This document shows, in pieces, positions 1-7,768 of a stretch of DNA of 64,000 bases. Made by a program: the position numbers and the translations under genes. Under the pieces are notes generated by a model. The model saw nothing but the letters and a program-made list of their open reading frames with translations, was not told the DNA's origin and did no database searches. Every line of letters begins with the position of its first letter. Positions within the stretch are counted from its first letter, which is position 1. Source of the stretch: an uncultured Pleurocapsa sp. (GTDB lineage: Bacteria; Chloroflexota; Anaerolineae; Aggregatilineales; Phototrophicaceae); NCBI GenBank assembly GCA_964654755.1, contig CAZZJW010000003.1, forward strand, positions 19,719 to 83,718. Direction: 5' to 3'.

Positions 1-597
1 GACGACGGATTTCGCTTTCTCAAGAAGGCGATCGTGTGCGATGATATGCCCGGCGAGCGTTACGTGCCATCAGAGCCGGCGCTGCTGGACCGGGCCTGGT
101 CGAATGCTGTGCGCGCTGCGCCGCGCTACAACGGCCAGTACTGGATGGAGTACGAGAGCGTGGACGGGGCGGCGCTCAGCTTCGGCTTTGACCCGCGCCG
201 GCTGCGGCGTCTCATGCTCGCCGTCCCGCGCGAGCGCATGCGTCCCGGCGGGGACAGCGCGCACCGCGCGGCGCTGGCGCACAGCCTGCGTGTGATCGGC
301 GCGACGCTCGAACCGGCGTACGGCTTCGGCCTGTTCAGCTATGACGTGCATGATCTGCCGGCTATCGGGGCGGCTCCCGCTGGCGTGTGGGATTACAACT
401 GGTTCGGTCCGGCGCTGCTGGCGCAGTACGGCACTGGCATGCTGGCGGGGCTTCCGGCGCATGCCAGCGCTGCTGTGGGCGCGGGCTGGCTGGTGGAGAT
501 GAGCGCTTCGGTCTACGCGGACTGGCCGGCGGCTGCGCCTCGCTATCGCCAGGCGGCGGCGGCACTGGGGCTGGCGGAAGTGTTTCATGATGGCTGA
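1..597 (+). CDS. hypothetical protein (5'-partial, or starting at GTG 34)
   Basis: Frame +1 is open from position 1 to the TGA at 595-597. The track ORF 34..597 begins at an internal GTG. GC3-rich coding appearance. No family recognised. Confidence 0.5.
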   Translation, partial: DDGFRFLKKAIVCDDMPGERYVPSEPALLDRAWSNAVRAAPRYNGQYWMEYESVDGAALSFGFDPRRLRRLMLAVPRERMRPGGDSAHRAALAHSLRVIGATLEPAYGFGLFSYDVHDLPAIGAAPAGVWDYNWFGPALLAQYGTGMLAGLPAHASAAVGAGWLVEMSASVYADWPAAAPRYRQAAAALGLAEVFHDG

Positions 598-612
598 ACG
601 GGAGACGATGCG

Positions 613-2061
613 GTGGCGCTGACGATCGCGGGCCTGGGCCCCGGCCCGGCTGAAGACCTCACGCGGCGCGCATGGGCCGCGCTGGAAGCGGCGCCGCACA
701 TTCTGCTGCGCACGCAGGAACACCCATGCGTGCCGCTGCTGCCGGGGCGCGAGCGCACCGAGTCGTTCGACCGGGTGTACGAGTCCACCGGCGATTTCGC
801 CGTGATCTACGCCACCATCGTCGAGCAGGTGCTGCAGGCCGCGCGTGAGGGTGACGTGCTGTATGCGGTGCCCGGCGACCCGTGGATGGGCGAGGCGACG
901 GTCAAGGCGCTGGTGGCGCGCGCGCGCGAAGCCGGCATCCCCTGCACCGTGATCCACGGCCTGAGCTTCGTCGAGCCGGCGCTGGGCGCGTTGGGGATCG
1001 ATGCGGTGGACGGGCTGCAGGTGGTGGACGCGCTGGAAGTGGGCATGGCGCATCATCCGCCGCTCAACACCGACATGCCGGCGCTGCTGGCGCAGGTGTA
1101 CAGCCGGGCGGCGGCCTCGGAAGTCAAGCTGACGCTGATGAACGCCTATCCGGACGACTTTCGCGTGGCGCTGATCCATGGCGCCGGCAGCGCGGACGAC
1201 GCCGTCGAGTGGCTGCCGCTGTACGAGATCGACCGCAGTGCACGCATCGGCCATCTCACCACGCTGTATCTGCCGGCGCTGGGCGAGATGAGCAGCTTTG
1301 AGCGCTTTCAGGAGACCATCGCGCATCTGCGTGCGCCGGAGGGCTGCCCGTGGGATCGCGAGCAAACGCATCTGTCGCTGCGGCGCTATCTGATCGAGGA
1401 AGCGTACGAAGTGCTGGAGGCGCTCGACGCGGAGGACCCGCAGGCGTTGTGCGAGGAGCTCGGCGATCTGCTGCTGCAGGTGGCGCTGCACACGCAGATT
1501 GCGACCGAGGACGGCGAATTCCGCATGGCCGACGTGCTGCGCACGATCAACGCCAAGCTCATCCGCCGGCATCCGCATGTGTGGGGCACGGTGCAGGCCG
1601 ATAATCCGGAACAGGTGACCGCCAACTGGGCTGCCATCAAGCAAGCGGAGAAGGCCGGGCGGGGGGATGCTGCGCCCGCCTCGCTGCTGGATGGCGCGCC
1701 GAAAGCGCTGCCCGCGCTGATGCACGCTGTCGAGATCACGCACCGCGCCGCCCGGCCCGGCTTCGATTGGCCGGTGATCGATGACGTGTGGGCCAAACTG
1801 GACGAGGAGATCGCCGAACTGCGCGAGGCGCAGGGCGCGCATCAGGCGGAAGAGCTGGGCGACGTGCTGTTCGTGCTGGCCAATCTGGCGCGCTGGCTGA
1901 AGATCGACCCGGAGGCGGCGCTGCGGGCGACCAGCGCGAAGTTCTACCGCCGTTTCAGCTATATCGAACGCGAGGCGGCTGCGGCAGGCCGCGCGCTGCA
2001 TGAGATGACGCTTGAGGAGATGGACGCGCTGTGGAACGCGGCGAAGGCGAACGGGCTGTAG
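613..2061 (+). CDS. YabN-like fusion: tetrapyrrole-type SAM methyltransferase domain + tandem MazG nucleoside-triphosphate pyrophosphohydrolase domains
   Basis: 482-aa ORF. N-terminal methylase-like motifs (LTIAGLGPG, VLYAVPGDP). Two MazG repeats (CPWDREQTH..IEEAYEV..ELGDLLLQV and EEIAEL..ELGDVLFVLANL). Confidence 0.85.
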   Translation: MALTIAGLGPGPAEDLTRRAWAALEAAPHILLRTQEHPCVPLLPGRERTESFDRVYESTGDFAVIYATIVEQVLQAAREGDVLYAVPGDPWMGEATVKALVARAREAGIPCTVIHGLSFVEPALGALGIDAVDGLQVVDALEVGMAHHPPLNTDMPALLAQVYSRAAASEVKLTLMNAYPDDFRVALIHGAGSADDAVEWLPLYEIDRSARIGHLTTLYLPALGEMSSFERFQETIAHLRAPEGCPWDREQTHLSLRRYLIEEAYEVLEALDAEDPQALCEELGDLLLQVALHTQIATEDGEFRMADVLRTINAKLIRRHPHVWGTVQADNPEQVTANWAAIKQAEKAGRGDAAPASLLDGAPKALPALMHAVEITHRAARPGFDWPVIDDVWAKLDEEIAELREAQGAHQAEELGDVLFVLANLARWLKIDPEAALRATSAKFYRRFSYIEREAAAAGRALHEMTLEEMDALWNAAKANGL

Positions 2062-2816
2062 GCCCGGCGGTGCTGGAGGGCGCGGTCTCGATCGCGGCTG
2101 CGCTGGAGGCGCACAGCCGGCCGGTGCTGCGCGTGCTGGCGCGGCGTGGCCCGCTGGAGCGCACGGCGGCTGCGGTGCTGCGCCAGTGCGCTGAACAGCG
2201 CGTGCCGGTGGAGCGCGTGGATGAGGCGGCGCTGGATGCGCTGGCGACCGGGCGCTCGCACGGCGGGCTGATCGCGGAGGTCGGCGAGCGTCGGCTGCTG
2301 CCGCTGGAGGTTTTGGGCGCCGGCGAGGCGGCTCCGTTCATCGCCATGCTGGACGGCGTCGAGGATCCGTTCAACTTCGGCCAGGCGATCCGCGCGCTGT
2401 ACGCTGCTGGGGCGCATGGGCTGGTCATCCGCGAACGCGCCTGGGCCAACGCTGCCGCAGTGGTAGCGCGCGCGTCCGCTGGCGCCAGCGAGCGCATGCC
2501 CACCGCCAGCGCGGCCAGCGCCGAGGCGGCGGCAGCGCTGCTGCGGGCGCGCGGGCTGCGCGTAGCGGTCACCGACCGGACGCGCGCGCACAGCATCTAC
2601 GAGGCGGATCTGACCGGCCCGCTGTTTCTGGTGATCGGCGGCGAACGGCGAGGCGTGACGCGCTCATTTGCGGATGCGGCGGATGTGCGCCTGATGATCC
2701 CGTACGGCAGGCCGTTCGCGTTGTCGCTGGGGACGACTTCGGCGGCGGCGGTGCTGGCCTTCGAGGTGATGCGCCAGCGCATGGGGAGCGGTATAAATGA
2801 AACAGGCGGCCTGTGA
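2031..2816 (+). CDS. TrmH/SpoU-family RNA 2'-O-methyltransferase (RlmB-like)
   Basis: SpoU motifs LDGVEDPFNFGQAIR, FLVIGGERRGV and IPYGRPFALSLGTTSAAAV. Start is uncertain: GTG 2031 overlaps the upstream gene by 31 nt, and GTG 2070 is an alternative. Confidence 0.8.
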   Translation: MERGEGERAVGPAVLEGAVSIAAALEAHSRPVLRVLARRGPLERTAAAVLRQCAEQRVPVERVDEAALDALATGRSHGGLIAEVGERRLLPLEVLGAGEAAPFIAMLDGVEDPFNFGQAIRALYAAGAHGLVIRERAWANAAAVVARASAGASERMPTASAASAEAAAALLRARGLRVAVTDRTRAHSIYEADLTGPLFLVIGGERRGVTRSFADAADVRLMIPYGRPFALSLGTTSAAAVLAFEVMRQRMGSGINETGGL

Positions 2817-2832
2817 AAGACCGCCTGCACTG

Positions 2833-2906
2833 TCGGGGTGCCCGGACTTGAACCGGGGACCTCAGCGTCCCGATCGCTGCGCGCTACCAAGCTGCGCCAC
2901 ACCCCG
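2833..2906 (-). tRNA. tRNA-Pro (anticodon CGG)
   Basis: The reverse complement folds as a cloverleaf. Acceptor CGGGGTG/CACCCCG, D-arm GCGC-AGCTTGGTA-GCGC, anticodon stem CAGCG/CGCTG with loop AT-CGG-GA, T-arm CCCGG-TTCAAGT-CCGGG, discriminator A. 74 nt, CCA not encoded. Confidence 0.95.
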
Positions 2907-2917
2907 TGACCGGCGAA

Positions 2918-2946
2918 ACTATACTGGAAGGCCTATATCGATGCAA
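2918..2946 (-). promoter_or_regulatory. sigma70-type promoter of tRNA-Pro (TTGCAT-17 nt-TATAGT)
   Basis: The minus strand reads TTGCAT cgatataggccttccag TATAGT. The -10 element ends 11 nt before the tRNA 5' end. Same architecture as the promoters of the other two tRNAs. Confidence 0.6.
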
Positions 2947-2981
2947 GATCGAGTTTGCCCGCAGCACGAGAGGACGCTGTC

Positions 2982-3587
2982 ATGACGCCGCCTGCATCAC
3001 CCGTGGTCTTCACCGATCGCGTGCGTCGCCTCAGCGCCGGCCTGATGCGCCGCGCCGGCATGGCGGTGCACCGCCTCGGCATCCATCCGGACTGGATCAC
3101 GATCGCCGGGCTGGTGCTGGTGCTGATCGGCTCCGTCGCCATCGCGCAGGGCAGTTTCGTGCAGGCGGGGGTGCTGCTGCTGCTCAGCCTGCCGCTGGAC
3201 GCGCTGGACGGCGCGGTCGCCCGGGCGATGCAGCGCACTGACCGCCGCGGCGGGGTGCTGGACTCGACGCTGGACCGCTATGCGGACAGCGCCATCTTCA
3301 CTGGCTTCGCCTGGTATTACGCAGTGAACGACGCGCCCGTTTTGATGCTGCTGGCGATCGCCGGGATGATCGGCACGTCGGGCGTGAGCTACGTGCGCGC
3401 GCGTGCTGGCGAAGCCGGGCTGAGCGTGCGGGTCGGTCTGTTCTCGCGGCTGGAGCGCGTGGTGGTGATGCTGGTGATGCTCTTCATCCCGGCGCTGATC
3501 GTGCCGGGGCTGTGGGTGCTGGCGATCGGCACCAATTTCACCACGCTGCAGCGGCTGTGGTATGTCTATCGCCATCTCGATCGCTGA
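2982..3587 (+). CDS. CDP-alcohol phosphatidyltransferase family protein
   Basis: Motif DALDGAVAR...G..LDSTLDRYAD in a multi-TM protein. ATG 2982 is preceded by GAGAGGA (the track start TTG 2955 is less likely). Confidence 0.8.
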   Translation: MTPPASPVVFTDRVRRLSAGLMRRAGMAVHRLGIHPDWITIAGLVLVLIGSVAIAQGSFVQAGVLLLLSLPLDALDGAVARAMQRTDRRGGVLDSTLDRYADSAIFTGFAWYYAVNDAPVLMLLAIAGMIGTSGVSYVRARAGEAGLSVRVGLFSRLERVVVMLVMLFIPALIVPGLWVLAIGTNFTTLQRLWYVYRHLDR

Positions 3588-3615
3588 CTGTGTGCGCGGT
3601 ATTGTGAGACTGCGC

Positions 3616-3644
3616 TTGAGGCGCGCCCCGCTGAGGGGTATACT
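3616..3644 (+). promoter_or_regulatory. candidate promoter of lgt (TTGAGG-17 nt-TATACT)
   Basis: TTGAGG cgcgccccgctgagggg TATACT lies about 65 nt upstream of the lgt ATG. Confidence 0.45.
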
Positions 3645-3709
3645 CCTGCGCGTTTATGCGACGGGAACGCTCCCGCGCCGCAGTGTATGTCAATGAGGGA
3701 ACCCGAATT

Positions 3710-4558
3710 ATGGAGTTCAGACCTGAATACATCGTTCTCTTTGACCGGCTGCAGATCCGCTACTACGGTATCATCATCGTGGTGGCGATGCTGGTTGCAG
3801 CTTACGTCGCCTCGCGGCTGGCGAAACGCGCGGGCATGGATCCGGAGCATGTGTGGGGTGGCCTGACCTGGGCGATCATCCCCGCCATCGTCGGTGCGCG
3901 GCTGTGGTTCATCCTGTTCCCGCCTGCGTCGCTGGGCAAGGACACGGCCTGGTTCCTGACCAACTTCTTCGACCTGCGTGAGGGAGCAATCGCCATCTGG
4001 TCTGGCGGGCTGAGCATCTTCGGTGCGGTGCTGGGTGGCTTCCTGGGCATGTACATCTACCTGCGCCGCAACAAGCTGCCGCTGGCCCCGTGGCTGGATG
4101 TAGCCGGCATCGCGCTGCCGCTGGGTCAGGCCATCGGCCGGGTGGCCAACTTCGTCAATCAGGAGCTGTACGGCGTGCCAACGGCCCTGCCGTGGGGCAT
4201 CACGATCGACTCGGCCAAGCGCGTTGAGCCTTTCACCAGCCTGGTGGACTGGCCGGTGCGGACGACGCTGTTCCACCCGCTGTTCCTGTATGAGGCGCTG
4301 TGGAACATCGGGGCGTTCCTGATCCTGTCTTACCTGTTCACGCGCAAGCGCAAGGACTTCCATCCCGGCGACTTCTTCCTGCTGTACATCATCCAGTACG
4401 CGTTCGTGCGCTTCCTGCTGGAGTTCATCCGCGTGGAAGTGCCGCTGGTGGGCGGGGTGAACATCAGTCAGGTGGTGTGCGCGGTGGCGTTCGTCGTGGC
4501 GCTGGCGCTGCTGATCGTGCGCCGGCGTGGTGCGGCGGCCCGCACTGCCGCTGCCTGA
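3710..4558 (+). CDS. lgt: prolipoprotein diacylglyceryl transferase
   Basis: Lgt signatures: YYGIIIVVAM, GARLWFILF, GGLSIFGAVLGG, GQAIGRVANFVNQELYG, HPLFLYEALWN. ATG 3710 follows GAGGGA. Confidence 0.9.
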   Translation: MEFRPEYIVLFDRLQIRYYGIIIVVAMLVAAYVASRLAKRAGMDPEHVWGGLTWAIIPAIVGARLWFILFPPASLGKDTAWFLTNFFDLREGAIAIWSGGLSIFGAVLGGFLGMYIYLRRNKLPLAPWLDVAGIALPLGQAIGRVANFVNQELYGVPTALPWGITIDSAKRVEPFTSLVDWPVRTTLFHPLFLYEALWNIGAFLILSYLFTRKRKDFHPGDFFLLYIIQYAFVRFLLEFIRVEVPLVGGVNISQVVCAVAFVVALALLIVRRRGAAARTAAA

Positions 4559-4588
4559 GCGCGACGCGGGTCCAATCGAAGCAGTGCA

Positions 4589-4620
4589 GCAGGCCGCCCG
4601 CGGGCGGTCTGCTTTTGTTT
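4589..4620 (+). terminator. rho-independent terminator after lgt
   Basis: GCAGGCCGCC-cgcg-GGCGGTCTGC (10-bp stem with one G.U pair) followed by TTTTGTTT. Confidence 0.8.
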
Positions 4621-4727
4621 CAGGTGACCTCAGGAACGCTGACAAACCTTTCACATTACGCCGGGCTTTGGCATGGGATAATGACGATACCGAGGACATG
4701 ATGGGCTGACGGCCCAAGAGCGCAGGC

Positions 4728-5681
4728 ATGATCGAAGCGCGTGATTTGAGTAAGCAGTATGATGATTTTCTGGCGGTGGACCGCATCAGCCTGGATATTC
4801 CGGCGGGTTCGGTGCTGGCGCTGCTCGGCCCGAATGGCGCGGGCAAGACCACCACGGTGCGGATGCTCACGTCCATTCTGGCCCCCAGCAGCGGCACCGC
4901 GCGCGTGGCCGGGTACGACGTGGTCCGCAATGCCGAGCAGGTGCGCGCCAGCGTGGGCGTGCTCACCGAGCAGCACGGCCTGTACGAGCGTATGAAGGCG
5001 GTGGAGTATCTCGACTTCTTCGGGCGGGTGTACCGCCTGCCCGCCAATGTGCGCCGCCAGCGCTCGCTGGAGCTGATGGAGCGCTTCGGGCTGTCGTTTG
5101 CGCTCAACCGGCAGCTGGGTGCGTACTCCAAGGGGATGAAACAGAAGCTGGCGCTGGTGCGCGCCATGCTGCACGACCCGCCCGTGCTGCTGCTGGACGA
5201 GCCGACCAGCGCGATGGACCCGCAGAGCGCCAAGCTCGTGCGCGATGCCATCGTCGAACTGCAGCGCGACCGGCGCACCTTCCTGATCACCACGCACAAC
5301 CTGGCCGAAGCGCAGGCGCTGGCCGATCACATCGCCATCATTCGCAAAGGGCGCATCATCGCCAGCGACCGCTTCGAGAACCTCTCTCGCGCGTTCGTGG
5401 GCGAGCCCCTGATGGAGCTGCGCCTGGCCGCGCCGCTCAACGGGCTGCAGACCGAAATTGCCGACATGGTGACCGTGGAGCAGGTGGGCGACACCTGGCT
5501 GCAGTATCGCGTCCCGCGGCCAGAGACCACCAATCCGATGCTGCTGCGCCGGCTGGTGGGCCTGGGGCTGGATGTGATCTCGCTGCGCCCGCTGACGCGC
5601 ACGCTGGAGGAGATCTACCTGCAGGTGATGGAAGAAGACGAGAAGAAGCAGGACGAGGTCGCTCATGAACACATCCGTTAA
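4728..5681 (+). CDS. ABC transporter ATP-binding protein (ABC-2 exporter type)
   Basis: Walker [10 protein letters not shown], signature YSKGMKQKL, Walker B LLLLDEPTS, and a C-terminal accessory domain. Confidence 0.9.
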   Translation: MIEARDLSKQYDDFLAVDRISLDIPAGSVLALLGPNGAGKTTTVRMLTSILAPSSGTARVAGYDVVRNAEQVRASVGVLTEQHGLYERMKAVEYLDFFGRVYRLPANVRRQRSLELMERFGLSFALNRQLGAYSKGMKQKLALVRAMLHDPPVLLLDEPTSAMDPQSAKLVRDAIVELQRDRRTFLITTHNLAEAQALADHIAIIRKGRIIASDRFENLSRAFVGEPLMELRLAAPLNGLQTEIADMVTVEQVGDTWLQYRVPRPETTNPMLLRRLVGLGLDVISLRPLTRTLEEIYLQVMEEDEKKQDEVAHEHIR

Positions 5682-7209
5682 GCCGGCCGCCGGGGCGCTG
5701 GATGCCGCATCGGCCTTTGCAGAGCGCCCCTCCGGGCTGCGCCGCTATGCCAGCATGTTCTCGAACGCGTTGGTGGTGACGCGCCGTGAAGTGCGCGACA
5801 GCCTGCGCGACTGGCGCATCATCGCGCCGATCATCATCCTCACCTTCCTGTTCCCGTTTCTGGCGCAGTTCGTCGCCGGGCGCTTCTCGAATTACCTGGA
5901 AGGCTTTGGCGCGCAGATCCTGGGCGACCGCACCATCCCGTTCCTGCTGATGATCGTGGGCTTCTTCCCGATCTCGATCTCGCTGGTGATCGCGCTGGAG
6001 ACGTTCGTCGGTGAGAAGGAGCGGCGCAGCCTGGAACCGCTGCTGAGCACGCCGCTGTCCAACACCGAGCTGTATATTGGCAAGACGCTGGCCGCCATCC
6101 TGCCGCCGCTGCTCTCCAGCTATGGCGGTATGGCGGTGTACCTGCTGGGGCTGGCGGGCTCGGCCACGGTGTGGCGGCCCCCGCCGATGCTGATCCTGCA
6201 GATCTTTCTGCTTTCCACGGTGCAGGGGTTGGTGATGATCACCGGCGCGGTGGTGGTCTCCAGCCAGACGACCAGCACGCGCGCGGCCAATCTGCTCGCC
6301 AGCTTCATCATCATCCCGGTCACCGTGCTGATCTGGCTGGAGAGCGCCATCATGTTCCTGGCGCCGGACGCCGAGTCGGTCAATGGCATCGGCGCACTGT
6401 GGGCGATCATCGTGGGCATGGCGGTGGTGATCGGGCTGCTGCTGCGAGTCGGCAACAGCGTGTTCAACCGCGAGGAACTGCTCGGTCGTTCGCTGGACAG
6501 CATCGATCTGAAAGGCTTTGCGCGGCGGCTGGGCCGGCAGGTGCGCGCGGTGGATGCGCAGGGTACGCCGGCGCGCAGCCTGCTGGAGTGGTACCGCCGC
6601 GGCATCCCCTTCAGCCTGGGCCGGCTGGGGCTGGCCACGCCGATCACCATCGGGGTATTCGTGGCGGCGCTGCTGGCGGGCTATGTGTTCGGCACGACCT
6701 CGAGCTGGCAGCTCAACCTGCCGACCGGGCTGCCGCTGGAAAATGCTGCGCAGAACCTCGACGCTTACAGCGGCCTGCTGTTCAAGGGTGACGCAGCGCT
6801 GGGCATCTTCCAGCAGAACTGGCGTGTGCTGGCGGTGGCATCGGCGGCGGCGGTGTTCAGCTTCGGGGCGCTGGCGCTGCTGCTGACGCCAGCGGTGTAC
6901 TTCATCATCGGCTACCTGGCCAGCCAGCTCGTTGCGTCTGGCTACAGCATCGCCTTTCTCGTTCCGGCGCTTGGCACGCACGGCCTGATTGAGATCCCGG
7001 TGATCGTCATCGCCACGGCGGCAGCGCTTCGCCTGGGCGCGGTGGTCACGCGGCCGCCCGCGGGCCAGACGGTGGGCACGGCATGGACGGCGGCGCTGGC
7101 CGATACCATCAAGCTGTGGCTTGGGGTGCTGCTGCCCGGCCTGCTGCTGGCCGCGCTGATCGAGGCGAATCTCACACCGATGGTGGTCGCCGCGTTTCTG
7201 GGCGGATAG
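5665..7209 (+). CDS. ABC-2 permease fused to a SpoIIM/DUF95-like membrane domain
   Basis: The N-terminal half carries the ABC-2/NatB-like motif ETFVGEKERRSLEPLLSTPLS. The C-terminal half shows SpoIIM-like features (FQQNWRV..., GTHGLIEIPVIVIATAAALRLG). Overlaps the ATPase gene by 17 nt. Confidence 0.75.
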   Translation: MNTSVKPAAGALDAASAFAERPSGLRRYASMFSNALVVTRREVRDSLRDWRIIAPIIILTFLFPFLAQFVAGRFSNYLEGFGAQILGDRTIPFLLMIVGFFPISISLVIALETFVGEKERRSLEPLLSTPLSNTELYIGKTLAAILPPLLSSYGGMAVYLLGLAGSATVWRPPPMLILQIFLLSTVQGLVMITGAVVVSSQTTSTRAANLLASFIIIPVTVLIWLESAIMFLAPDAESVNGIGALWAIIVGMAVVIGLLLRVGNSVFNREELLGRSLDSIDLKGFARRLGRQVRAVDAQGTPARSLLEWYRRGIPFSLGRLGLATPITIGVFVAALLAGYVFGTTSSWQLNLPTGLPLENAAQNLDAYSGLLFKGDAALGIFQQNWRVLAVASAAAVFSFGALALLLTPAVYFIIGYLASQLVASGYSIAFLVPALGTHGLIEIPVIVIATAAALRLGAVVTRPPAGQTVGTAWTAALADTIKLWLGVLLPGLLLAALIEANLTPMVVAAFLGG

Positions 7210-7348
7210 GCTGCGAGGAGCGCGGTGCATATTGACGCGATGAGCGCGCCAGATGTGCCGCACTCCCGGTTTCCATCTAATGTTCAACTTACACTCTGGC
7301 GCTATAGTTGCCAGAAATTGCCACATGCATTCCTGAGGAACGGCTGTC

Positions 7349-7768
7349 ATGGAGAATCGTCGTTTTCCAGCAGAACGCGATCGGAGGGTTGTGCAGGGCT
7401 ACATGGTGTGGTGGAACAACCGCACTTTCGTCCCGCCGACCGATGTAATCGAATTCCCCGACAGGCTGATGGTGCTGGTGGAGATCGCCGGGATGCGTTC
7501 CGGCGATTTCAACGTCTCGCTGGCCAATCGTACGCTGGTGATCAGTGGCACCCGCGAGCGGCCGTCGCTTGGGCAGGCCGCCTATCACCAGGTCGAGATC
7601 GCCTATGGGGAGTTTCGAGTGGAAGTGCAGTTGCCCTACGCTGTCGTGCGTGAAGAGGTGAGCGCGAGCTACCGGGATGGCGTGCTGCAGGTCTCGCTGC
7701 CGCGGCATGCCGAGAGCCAGCATGTGCTGATCCCCGTCACCCGTATGGATGAGGAAAACAATGAATGA
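7349..7768 (+). CDS. Hsp20/alpha-crystallin family small heat-shock protein
   Basis: ACD-like sequence: [59 protein letters not shown]. Confidence 0.85.
   Translation: MENRRFPAERDRRVVQGYMVWWNNRTFVPPTDVIEFPDRLMVLVEIAGMRSGDFNVSLANRTLVISGTRERPSLGQAAYHQVEIAYGEFRVEVQLPYAVVREEVSASYRDGVLQVSLPRHAESQHVLIPVTRMDEENNE

Noticed and set aside
70-2001. Very long antisense or alternative-frame ORFs in the track (e.g. 70..2001 -, 3566..5299 -, 5437..7350 -, 7737..10583 -, 12346..13650 +, 21664..23370 +, 35391..37205 +, 37817..39289 +, 42039..43955 -, 48106..49812 +, 51224..52858 -, 55051..57372 -, 57177..59069 -)
   Set aside because: Their translations are Arg/Ala/Pro/Gly/His-rich low-complexity strings with no domain motifs. 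Each lies opposite or out of frame to a gene with clear family signatures. This is the usual stop-codon-poor shadow effect of very GC-rich DNA.
7210-7348. CIRCE/HAIR-type heat-shock operator or sigma32-type promoter upstream of hsp20-lon
   Set aside because: No TTAGCACTC-N9-GAGTGCTAA-like inverted repeat or CTTGAA…CCCCAT pattern is present. There is only a TATAGT box with a poor -35 element, which is too weak to annotate.
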